Assembly (NCBI GenBank): GCA_026391215.1
Contig: JAPLDX010000020.1
Location: forward strand, 1 to 23,121
DNA: 23,121 bases
DNA from: Bacteroidia bacterium
GTDB lineage: Bacteria > Bacteroidota > Bacteroidia > Bacteroidales > VadinHA17
Reading direction: 5' to 3'
Shown: positions 9,333 through 16,711 of the stretch, piece by piece
Numbering within the stretch: position 1 is the stretch's first letter
Layout: every line of letters starts with the position of its first letter
Position numbers and translations under genes: made by a program
Notes under the pieces: generated by a model
What the model saw: only the letters and a program-made list of their open reading frames with translations
Told to the model about the DNA's origin: nothing
Databases searched by the model: none

Positions 9333-10505
9333 GATCAGCCTTGTAATATAAGACTCAGGTAATAGCCTCATATTAATCAGATCGACATCCTGCAGCAGCA
9401 GCAGCCCTGGTTTCATCCCTGGTTCGATTTTTCCATACTGCTGTTCTTTCCCGAGAGCCCTGGCTCCGTTTATAGTAGCCCATCGTATCAGTTCCTCAAG
9501 GCTAAGAGACGGGAAATGTTTTTGAAGGATCTTAAGTTCAGAAAGTATACTCAGCCTGTGGTTTGATGCAAGACTGTCAGTCCCTATTACTATTTCGCAT
9601 CCTTCCGAAATAAGCATTTCAACCGGAGGGATCTTATTTTCGATGTACAGGTTTGCATTGGGGCACAGGCACCAGTATGTATCCTTTCTATTAAGGATCT
9701 CTTTAACTGTCTCCCTGTCAGCAAAAGTATTGTGGACAAGAATAAGTGTGCCGGATGATGTAACCTCATCCAGTATTGCAGAAATGATGCTTTCTGGTGT
9801 CTTAAGCTCACGTGGCAGCGTCCATGCCTTCTCTAACGATTCTTTCAGAGGACCCGAATGATCAGCAACGAAGGAATCCTCACCTTCGGTTTCCATAAAA
9901 TGAATTGATGTAACCTTGTTGTCAGTTGTTTTTGCTTTTAGCTGCCTGAAAAGAGGCAGGGAAACAGTATAAGGAGTATGAGGCACAATGAAAGAATCCA
10001 ATCCTGCTTTAGCAGCAGTCTCTGATAATCTTATGATTTCATTCATTCTGTCCGCTGCTATTTCGGGATCTGTTCCGAAAACCTCAAGCAGATTCAGATA
10101 ACGGATCCGGCTTTTCTGTTTAATGCTGAATGTTGCCGGAGTGTTGCAAATATCCGCACAGAGTTCAACCCCATCATTGAAAAGATCATTATCAGCAGAA
10201 ATTGCGGAGGATAAAATAGTATCAGGATCATTATTCCTGATGTTTTGCAGCTGTATTAAAAACTCGCCAAGACCTTTCTTCTCAGCCATTGCCCCTTTCA
10301 GATGGGATAGTTCAAGATGACAATGGCAGTTAACGAATCCGGGAATTATTATCCCGTTATGGAATTCTAAAGAGTGACTTTCCTTCAGGGAGCCATTCAT
10401 GTCTTCGACACTTATGACAGTCCCATCATCCTGTGACGTGATCACCCCTCTCCTGAGGGGCTGACCCGAATTCGTAAAAATGAACTGGGATGAAAATCGT
10501 TTCAT
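9330..10505 (-). CDS. Metal-dependent amidohydrolase (nucleoside deaminase-like; SAH/MTA/aminofutalosine deaminase-type group)
   Basis: PGFVNCHCHLE (HxH), PHTPY, IHFMET (HxxE), VHN, CPNAN and GTDS motifs. Confidence 0.88.
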   Translation of the reverse strand: MKRFSSQFIFTNSGQPLRRGVITSQDDGTVISVEDMNGSLKESHSLEFHNGIIIPGFVNCHCHLELSHLKGAMAEKKGLGEFLIQLQNIRNNDPDTILSSAISADNDLFNDGVELCADICNTPATFSIKQKSRIRYLNLLEVFGTDPEIAADRMNEIIRLSETAAKAGLDSFIVPHTPYTVSLPLFRQLKAKTTDNKVTSIHFMETEGEDSFVADHSGPLKESLEKAWTLPRELKTPESIISAILDEVTSSGTLILVHNTFADRETVKEILNRKDTYWCLCPNANLYIENKIPPVEMLISEGCEIVIGTDSLASNHRLSILSELKILQKHFPSLSLEELIRWATINGARALGKEQQYGKIEPGMKPGLLLLQDVDLINMRLLPESYITRLI

Positions 10506-11281
10506 CTTACAGTGCCGGAATAATAAAATGATATATCCTCAATCATGGCATTTTTTTCTCCGGAATCAGGATTGCTCCCGGAATCATACAGGAAACCTTT
10601 GAATACTATGCCCGTTTTACCCGGATGAAATCCTGCTATTGTATAACTATGGGGACGGCCATCCTTTATATACCAGATTGGCAGAAGATAGGTTCTTACC
10701 CCCGTTTCTGCACTGTCGATGTTACATATCCAGGCTGTAAAACAAGGATCATCTGACTGATCATCAGGATATATGGTTACAGAAAACTTTAGTGCATAAT
10801 CTCCCGCAGTTATCATAGTCAGTTCAAAGCCAGGCTTCTCAACTCCCCCCGGATCAGGAAGTAAATACGAAGGTTCGCCTTTCCACTGATCCGCCACATA
10901 CTCCGGAGATGCCCTATATTCCTTTTCCGTACGCATTTCCATTTCACTGAACCTGCCAAGCATTTCATCATAAATCTTAATCAGCTTTTTAGGCTTTTTA
11001 ATGTAGTAATACTGGATGGTGGTGTCCATAGCTCCTGTTGTATATCCATATCCTTCTATTATATCGACATATAACTGTGAGGTATCCTTAATCATATACT
11101 GTGTCCTCATGTCCGGAAGTGCAAAGAGCCCGTTTGTCAGGTTAAGATCATAAAGTATGGAGATAAAATCTTTTTCCGGGATAAGTTCCTTGTATTTGGT
11201 TTTTTCTTGCCCGTGGAAACAGGAACCTGCTACCATTAAAATTAAGATTGATATAATAAATATCTTGTTTTTACTATTCAT
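10502..11281 (-). CDS. Lipoprotein, DUF4296-like N-terminal domain
   Basis: Signal peptide with lipobox AGSC. The stretch 'LIPEKDFISILYDL...YY...IYDEM' resembles DUF4296. Overlaps both neighbouring genes. Confidence 0.65.
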   Translation of the reverse strand: MNSKNKIFIISILILMVAGSCFHGQEKTKYKELIPEKDFISILYDLNLTNGLFALPDMRTQYMIKDTSQLYVDIIEGYGYTTGAMDTTIQYYYIKKPKKLIKIYDEMLGRFSEMEMRTEKEYRASPEYVADQWKGEPSYLLPDPGGVEKPGFELTMITAGDYALKFSVTIYPDDQSDDPCFTAWICNIDSAETGVRTYLLPIWYIKDGRPHSYTIAGFHPGKTGIVFKGFLYDSGSNPDSGEKNAMIEDISFYYSGTVR

Positions 11282-12497
11282 TTTCCTTGAGGTATTTTTT
11301 CGTCAGGTACCTTACAGGATACCAGGCAGCCCAGTAACCTATAAGAAGAACCGTTCCCGGAACTATAATAAAATCTTTAAGCTTCATTACCACGGGGTAC
11401 GCTTTCATTATCAGGGATTCGCTGGGCAGTTCAATAATTCCATACGTTTGCTGCACCCAGCATACCAGAAATCCCAGGATTACTCCGGCAATTGCTCCTA
11501 TTATTGAAATCAGCCAGCCTTCAAAAATGAAGATCCTGCGGATCAGGGTGTTGTTCGCGCCAAGGCTTTTCAAAATCTCAATATCCCTCTCTTTTTCAAT
11601 AATAAGCATTGTAAGCGAACCAATGATATTAAATGATGCAATGATGAGTATAAGCGTTAGTATTAAGAAGATAGCTAATCTTTCCGAGCGCATAACCTTA
11701 TAATAAAGCTCCTGTTGCTCAAACCTGTTCTGAACAAAAAATTCTTCCCCAAAGATCTTCGTAACATTTTTCTGAACTGCAGATGCTTCAGCATTATCGG
11801 TGAATTTGATCTCGATAGAGCTTATACCCTTTTCATTTTCAATCAGCCTTCTCGCAAAATCCAGAGGAACATAAATATATTTTGAATCGTATGTTTGCTC
11901 AACCTCGAAAATACCTGAAGGAAAAATGTATTCCTTATTGTAAGCATCTTCCGGGTTTAAATTGCTTTCGGTTGACCTGCGCAGGACATAAATGAACAAT
12001 GGAGTTATAAAATTAACTCTGATACCCAAGTACTGGGCAATGCCAACTCCCGGAACAGCATGCGGCCTTCCCTTGTCGGATTTCAGCATGAATTCTCCTT
12101 CCCACATTGCACTATCAATAGAAGTCACACTGGCATAGTTGTCATCGACTCCCTTGATAGTGGCAATGAACTGCCTGTCATCATATCTTAAAAGCACATT
12201 TTCTTCAATGGTCAGTGAATAACAGGAAACACCATTGACATTTTCCAGCAGGGTTAACTTTGTGGTGTCAGGGACAAATGTTTTGCCGACAGCAGCAGTA
12301 ATTTTAAGATCGGGATCAAAGGTGTTGAAAATAGAGGTTACAAGCAGTTCCAGACCGTTAAATACCGAGAGCACTATTATTAAAGCCATTGTTCCTACAG
12401 CTACCCCTGTCACTGACACTGCAGATATGATATTGATCGCATTCCTTGATTTTTTCGCGAAGAGATATCTTTTTGCTATGTATAACGGAAGCTTCAC
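11274..12497 (-). CDS. LolC/E-like (FtsX/MacB family) ABC permease
   Basis: IAKRYLFAKK, TM1 ending SVFNG, a large periplasmic domain, IASFNIIGSLTMLIIEKERDIEILKSLGA, and three C-terminal TM segments. Confidence 0.9.
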   Translation of the reverse strand: MKLPLYIAKRYLFAKKSRNAINIISAVSVTGVAVGTMALIIVLSVFNGLELLVTSIFNTFDPDLKITAAVGKTFVPDTTKLTLLENVNGVSCYSLTIEENVLLRYDDRQFIATIKGVDDNYASVTSIDSAMWEGEFMLKSDKGRPHAVPGVGIAQYLGIRVNFITPLFIYVLRRSTESNLNPEDAYNKEYIFPSGIFEVEQTYDSKYIYVPLDFARRLIENEKGISSIEIKFTDNAEASAVQKNVTKIFGEEFFVQNRFEQQELYYKVMRSERLAIFLILTLILIIASFNIIGSLTMLIIEKERDIEILKSLGANNTLIRRIFIFEGWLISIIGAIAGVILGFLVCWVQQTYGIIELPSESLIMKAYPVVMKLKDFIIVPGTVLLIGYWAAWYPVRYLTKKYLKENE

Positions 12498-12502
12498 TTT
12501 TA

Positions 12503-13312
12503 CTATTTTCTCGCAGTCACCAGTAACCCGGTTCCTGTTTTATTGGTAAATCTCAGGTCAATAAAGTTAAGTACGATTGAAACGGGTAAAACTATTAAAT
12601 AATAGAACGGTAAAAGAACAAAGAAAATATAAGAAACATTAAGCATTTTCACCGGATATTTCATTATAAGACGCCAGGATATGTTGCCAGGCTTTCCGTA
12701 GGTATAATGTGCTTCAATACTTCTGAATCCTGCTTTTGAGAGTTTGCCAGTTATTTCCTCAATGCTGTACCCGTTTCTGACATGTTCATCAATAAAAGAT
12801 ACATCATCAGCAGCATGAGCATCAGAACCGCCCTTATCCGAAGGAGTTGAGATAAGGAGATACCCGTTTTTCTTCAACGATTCACTGAAATTGTTAAAAA
12901 CCTTTTCATCTCCCCTGATATGTTCCATTACATCAACCGAAAGGATGAGATCAAAGGCGTCATGATCTTTAAAAGTCTCAAGATCAGCTGTTTTGAAAGT
13001 TGTTCTCTCTTCCAGCCTGGTTTTTTTAAAGAACCTCTTACAATCGTCTACCTGTTCACTGTCAATATCTACTCCGTTGACCGTCCAGTTTTTATTCATC
13101 CTGCACATGCGATATGAATACTGTCCCAGTCCTGAACCGGCATCCAGGATATTTGCCGGCCTGTTCAATTCCCGGTTTATTCTTTTCAATGCTTTTTTTA
13201 CATGCCACGTACGCAAAAGAAGAAGATCCATAAGCCAATAGAGAGCTTTTCGCATAAACGAAGGTCCTGAAAGGAACCTGCCAAGCAATCTTTTTATTGG
13301 CTCGTACTGCAT
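12503..13312 (-). CDS. Class I SAM-dependent methyltransferase
   Basis: Motif I ILDAGSGLG, GVDID, FDLILSVDVMEHI and LKKNGYLLISTP. Confidence 0.9.
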   Translation of the reverse strand: MQYEPIKRLLGRFLSGPSFMRKALYWLMDLLLLRTWHVKKALKRINRELNRPANILDAGSGLGQYSYRMCRMNKNWTVNGVDIDSEQVDDCKRFFKKTRLEERTTFKTADLETFKDHDAFDLILSVDVMEHIRGDEKVFNNFSESLKKNGYLLISTPSDKGGSDAHAADDVSFIDEHVRNGYSIEEITGKLSKAGFRSIEAHYTYGKPGNISWRLIMKYPVKMLNVSYIFFVLLPFYYLIVLPVSIVLNFIDLRFTNKTGTGLLVTARK

Positions 13313-13317
13313 GAATA

Positions 13318-13665
13318 TCAGGATTTCAGCAATTTGTCTATTTTATCAATATAATCCAGGCTGTCGTCAATAAAAAATGTGATCTCAGGCACAATGCGAA
13401 GCTGTGAGCGCACCTTATGACCAAGATCAAACCTTATTTTCGCAGCATGATCCTGGATTGATTGCAGTATATCGTTCTGATTACCTGACGGATATATACT
13501 CAGATACACTTTCGCATAAGAGAGGTCGGGGCTTATTCTGACTCTGGTTACTGACAGCATTTTTCCGTGAGCAAATTCATTGCCCTTTCGGAGGAATATT
13601 TCAGCTATCTCCTTCTGAATGAGCCTTGATACTTTTTTTTGCCTTGTTGATTCTTCTGATTCCAC
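13318..13665 (-). CDS. rbfA: Ribosome-binding factor A
   Basis: ESTRQKKVSRLIQKE, VRISPDLSYAKVYLS and LRIVPEITFFIDDSL motifs. The likely start is GTG at 13665, because a -7 motif lies inside the longer ORF-track extension. Confidence 0.93.
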   Translation of the reverse strand: MESEESTRQKKVSRLIQKEIAEIFLRKGNEFAHGKMLSVTRVRISPDLSYAKVYLSIYPSGNQNDILQSIQDHAAKIRFDLGHKVRSQLRIVPEITFFIDDSLDYIDKIDKLLKS

Positions 13666-13687
13666 AGTTGCTTGGATTTTAATTGGG

Positions 13688-13695
13688 CAAAGGTA
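13688..13695 (-). promoter_or_regulatory. Bacteroidota -7 element for the rbfA operon
   Basis: TACCTTTG on the minus strand, 22 nt upstream of GTG 13665. Confidence 0.65.
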
Positions 13696-13759
13696 GTACT
13701 TTATGGGAAATATTTTCATCTTCATGTGATCTCATGTAACCATCCCTCAACGCTCTTTC

Positions 13760-13852
13760 CTGCTTTGTGATTACATGTACTCACCCCCTTCTTTTCCCCC
13801 TCTCTGCTTTATGATTACATGTACTCACCCCCTTCTTTTCCCCCTCTCTGCT
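13760..13852. repeat. Tandem direct repeat, 44-bp unit x2 plus CTGCT
   Basis: CTGCTTT(G/A)TGATTACATGTACTCACCCCCTTCTTTTCCCCCTCT at 13760-13803 and 13804-13847, with one mismatch. A degenerate third copy lies at about 13720-13759. Confidence 0.92.
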
Positions 13853-13966
13853 GAAGCAAAGAGGGGGAAGGAACTTTAAAATATTTATTGATAATCAATG
13901 AGATACAACAAATATGCTCCCCCTTCTTTGCTTTAGCAGAGAAGGGGGTTGGGGGGATGAGTACAT
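13819..13966. mobile_element. REPIN/MITE-like non-autonomous element (inverted pair of REP hairpins, 148 bp)
   Basis: Terminal IR ATGTACTCA / TGAGTACAT. Left hairpin CCCCCTCT-C-TGC-TGAA-GCA-A-AGAGGGGG (13840-13867) and right hairpin CCCCCTTCT-T-TGC-TTTA-GCA-G-AGAAGGGGG (13919-13948), separated by an AT-rich spacer. Confidence 0.7.
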
Positions 13967-13985
13967 ATGATACAAAAAAAACAAT

Positions 13986-13993
13986 TAGATTTG
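13986..13993 (+). promoter_or_regulatory. Bacteroidota -7 element for trpS
   Basis: TAGATTTG matches TAnnTTTG and lies 24 nt before the trpS ATG. Confidence 0.6.
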
Positions 13994-14017
13994 TAACTAC
14001 TTTTCAATTTTCTAAAA

Positions 14018-15007
14018 ATGGAGACTGTAGTCAGCGGCATAAGACCGACAGGGAACCTGCATCTGGGAAATTATTTCGGCGCATTAAGCAATTTCCTGAA
14101 AATGCAAAGGGAGAATAATTGCTTTTTCTTTATCGCTGATTATCATTCCCTTACAACACATCCTAAGATTGATGACATTCATGGGAATATCAGGCAGGTG
14201 CTGGCAGAATACCTTGCCTGCGGTATAGATCCTGAAATTGCAACAGTTTTCATACAGAGCGATGTGCCTGAAGTGACCGAGCTTTACCTGCTGCTTAATA
14301 TGAACGCATATATAGGCGAACTCGAAAGAACGACATCCTTCAAGGAAAAGGTCAGGAAACAACCTGACAATATAAATGCCGGATTATTGACATATCCTGT
14401 TTTGATGGCTGCTGATATTATCATTCATAAAGCAAATAAAGTGCCTGTCGGCAAGGACCAGGAGCAGCATCTGGAGATGACAAGACGTTTTGCAAGACGC
14501 TTTAATACAATGTATGATGTAGACTATTTCCCGGAGCCTGATGCATATAATTTCGGAAAGAAGCTAATCAAAATTCCGGGACTAGACGGTACCGGGAAAA
14601 TGGGAAAAAGTGAGGGCAACGGCATTTTCCTTGCCGATACACCGGATGAGATACGCAAAAAAGTTATGAGGGCAGTAACTGATACCGGGCCAAAAAGCCC
14701 CGGAGAAAAACCCTCCGAACCGGTTCAGAATCTTTTTACAATAATGAAGGTCGTTTCAGACCCTTCTACTGTTAAATATTTCACAGAAAAGCATGCATCC
14801 TGCGAGATCCGTTATGGTGATATGAAGAAACAGCTTGCTGAAGATATCATCAAGGTTACAGATCCAATTAGGATAAGGATCAACGAAATCCTTGCCGACA
14901 GGAAATACCTTGCCCGGGTTGTTAAGGACGGGGCTGAAAAAGCAAGGGCAAGCGCTTCAAAGACTATCGGGGAGGTACGTGAGATCATAGGATACAGGCC
15001 TTTCTGA
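14018..15007 (+). CDS. trpS: Tryptophan--tRNA ligase
   Basis: SGIRPTGNLHLGNY (HIGH), YPVLMAADI, VPVGKDQEQHLE and KMGKS (KMSKS) motifs. Confidence 0.97.
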   Translation: METVVSGIRPTGNLHLGNYFGALSNFLKMQRENNCFFFIADYHSLTTHPKIDDIHGNIRQVLAEYLACGIDPEIATVFIQSDVPEVTELYLLLNMNAYIGELERTTSFKEKVRKQPDNINAGLLTYPVLMAADIIIHKANKVPVGKDQEQHLEMTRRFARRFNTMYDVDYFPEPDAYNFGKKLIKIPGLDGTGKMGKSEGNGIFLADTPDEIRKKVMRAVTDTGPKSPGEKPSEPVQNLFTIMKVVSDPSTVKYFTEKHASCEIRYGDMKKQLAEDIIKVTDPIRIRINEILADRKYLARVVKDGAEKARASASKTIGEVREIIGYRPF

Positions 15008-15013
15008 TGCCTG

Positions 15014-15046
15014 AAAAATGAAAGCCAGGCTTTTTGGGGCCTGGCT
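15014..15046 (-). terminator. Rho-independent terminator (minus strand)
   Basis: AGCCAGGC-CCCAAAAA-GCCUGGCU 8-bp stem followed by UUCAUUUUU on the minus strand. There is no U-tract on the plus strand. Confidence 0.65.
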
Positions 15047-15084
15047 GAACTTGAAGGATCAAGTATATGTTGAGATTGCCTGTA
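15014..15084 (-). ncRNA. Candidate sigma54-dependent small RNA (about 70 nt)
   Basis: Bounded by a -24/-12 promoter and an intrinsic terminator on the same strand. Contains an internal hairpin ACUUGA-UCCU-UCAAGU. No credible ORF is present. Confidence 0.55.
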
Positions 15085-15094
15085 CAATCATAAT

Positions 15095-15111
15095 TTCAAA
15101 TTGCGTGCCAA
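15095..15111 (-). promoter_or_regulatory. Sigma54 (-24/-12) promoter
   Basis: Minus strand TTGGCACGCAATTTGAA versus consensus YTGGCACGNNNNTTGCW. GG at 15109-15108, exact 10-nt spacing, and one deviation (A for C at -12). Confidence 0.65.
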
Positions 15112-15124
15112 AATAGTTCCCGAT

Positions 15125-16711
15125 ATGAAAAATAAAAGTTCAAACTCCCGGAACAGCCATCAGCAGAAGGCTGTAAGAAATGTAACAAGACGCTGTTTTC
15201 TATCTTCATGCTCGGCATGTGCTGCATGCATGGCTTTTGCACCGGTCACTTTTCTCAGTTCCTGCGGCCGGTCATCGAAGGGGGCTCCGAAAATGAGAAT
15301 CAGGATCCTGTATTCGCTTCATGGACCCATACAAACACAGCCAGACTGGCCAAATGTGGGATTTGACTTTAATCCTGTTATGGAGAAGATTAATACAGCC
15401 CTGATAAACCATTTCCCTGATTTTGAATTTATCCCGACACTTGCTACCGGACCTGAAGATGCTGAAAAGATAGTCCAGAAGGATACACTGGAAAATATAG
15501 GTGGTTACCTGGTTTACCAGATGAACTGCTGGAACCAGGTTGTACAGACAATAGCTAAGACAGAGAAACCTGTTCTTTATGCTGATTTTCAGTTCGCAGG
15601 CAGCGGCGGCTTTCTTGTCTATACTGCCACATTTCTCAGCAATAATGCGGCTAATGTGGGTTTTGTCGCATCCTCGAGGATGGAGGATCTTCTTGCAGCT
15701 GTAGAATGTTTTAATATTGTGAAAAACGGAGGATCAGCTGCTGATTTCGTTAAAGCCACTGAAAAAGCACGCATTGCCTCAACTCCTTCCGCCAAAAAAT
15801 ATTCAGTAAATCCAAATGACATTAAAATACTTTCATCCGGTGAATGTGTCCGGCAGCTGGGCAACTCAAGAATAATAGCTGTAAGGGATCAAACGGCAAG
15901 CATTGCTGATCCGGTCATGGGAATTCCGGTGGAATACATTCCCTTCGCAGAAGTAAATGATGCATGGAGCAAGGCTGATAAGGAAGAGTCAGCCGGGATA
16001 GTCGGAATGTGGCAAAAATCAGCGCTGGAAATTGTTGATGTCTCTTATGAAACATTGCTGACTTCAGCTGCTATGTACCTGGGTATGAAAAAAGTGCTGA
16101 AAAATCATGGAGCCAATGCAATAACAATGAACTGTCTTGGCGGTTTTTACGGCGGTCATATTCATGCTTATCCCTGCCTTGGCTTTCATGAACTATGTAA
16201 CGAAGGGCTGGTAGGCGCCTGTGAATGTGATATAAATTCCACTGCAACAATGGTTGCATTCTCAACAATGACCGGAGGACGTCCTGGTTTTATTTCCGAT
16301 CCTGTTATTGATACCTCAAAGCGACAAATAATATATGCGCACTGTGTTGCTCCCAATAGGATATTCGGACCTGAAGGTAAAACAAATCCATTCAGGATCA
16401 TGACTCACTCGGAAGACAGGGCAGGAGCCTCCGTTCAATCGATCCTCCCTGTCAACTTCATGACGACTACTCTTGAAATCAACAATGACCGGAAAGAAAT
16501 ACTGATGCATCAGGCAGTTTCCCTGGATAATGATCCTGATGACCGGGCATGCAGGACCAAACTATGTGCCGAGCCCGTAGGAGATATTGAGAAGCTTTTC
16601 ACAATGTGGGACAAATGGGGCTGGCACAGGGTTACATTCTATGGCGACCTGAAAGATCCTGTTTATGCTTTAGCTGATGAAACAGGTTGGAAGGTGATTG
16701 AGGAGGCATGA
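15125..16711 (+). CDS. L-fucose/L-arabinose isomerase-like protein with twin-arginine (Tat) signal, possibly a lipoprotein
   Basis: VTRRCFL twin-Arg motif, followed by FLSS-C. The C-terminal half has YPCLGF, GACECD, GFISDP, YAHC and GWHRVTFYGD, matching the Glu/Asp/His metal-ligand pattern of the FucI/AraA fold. Start taken at ATG 15125. Confidence 0.72.
   Translation: MKNKSSNSRNSHQQKAVRNVTRRCFLSSCSACAACMAFAPVTFLSSCGRSSKGAPKMRIRILYSLHGPIQTQPDWPNVGFDFNPVMEKINTALINHFPDFEFIPTLATGPEDAEKIVQKDTLENIGGYLVYQMNCWNQVVQTIAKTEKPVLYADFQFAGSGGFLVYTATFLSNNAANVGFVASSRMEDLLAAVECFNIVKNGGSAADFVKATEKARIASTPSAKKYSVNPNDIKILSSGECVRQLGNSRIIAVRDQTASIADPVMGIPVEYIPFAEVNDAWSKADKEESAGIVGMWQKSALEIVDVSYETLLTSAAMYLGMKKVLKNHGANAITMNCLGGFYGGHIHAYPCLGFHELCNEGLVGACECDINSTATMVAFSTMTGGRPGFISDPVIDTSKRQIIYAHCVAPNRIFGPEGKTNPFRIMTHSEDRAGASVQSILPVNFMTTTLEINNDRKEILMHQAVSLDNDPDDRACRTKLCAEPVGDIEKLFTMWDKWGWHRVTFYGDLKDPVYALADETGWKVIEEA

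Noticed and set aside
13666-13725. N-terminal extension of RbfA in the ORF track (135 aa)
   Set aside because: It contains the TACCTTTG promoter motif, and RbfA-like sequence begins at about ESTRQ. GTG 13665 is the better start.
13720-13852. Possible CRISPR array
   Set aside because: The 44-bp units are directly adjacent with no unique spacers, there are only 2-3 copies, and no cas genes are nearby.
13888-14118. 76-aa ORF upstream of and overlapping trpS (possible leader peptide)
   Set aside because: It starts inside the repeat element, has no Trp codons, and overlaps trpS out of frame.
15049-15064. Plus-strand hairpin with an AGGA loop as a CsrA/RsmA binding site
   Set aside because: It is a single site, CsrA is not typical of Bacteroidota, and the promoter and terminator polarity favour the minus strand.
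14812-15087. 91-aa minus-strand ORF as the product of the sigma54 promoter
   Set aside because: Its TTG start lies at or before the predicted TSS, a terminator interrupts it, and most of it is antisense to trpS.
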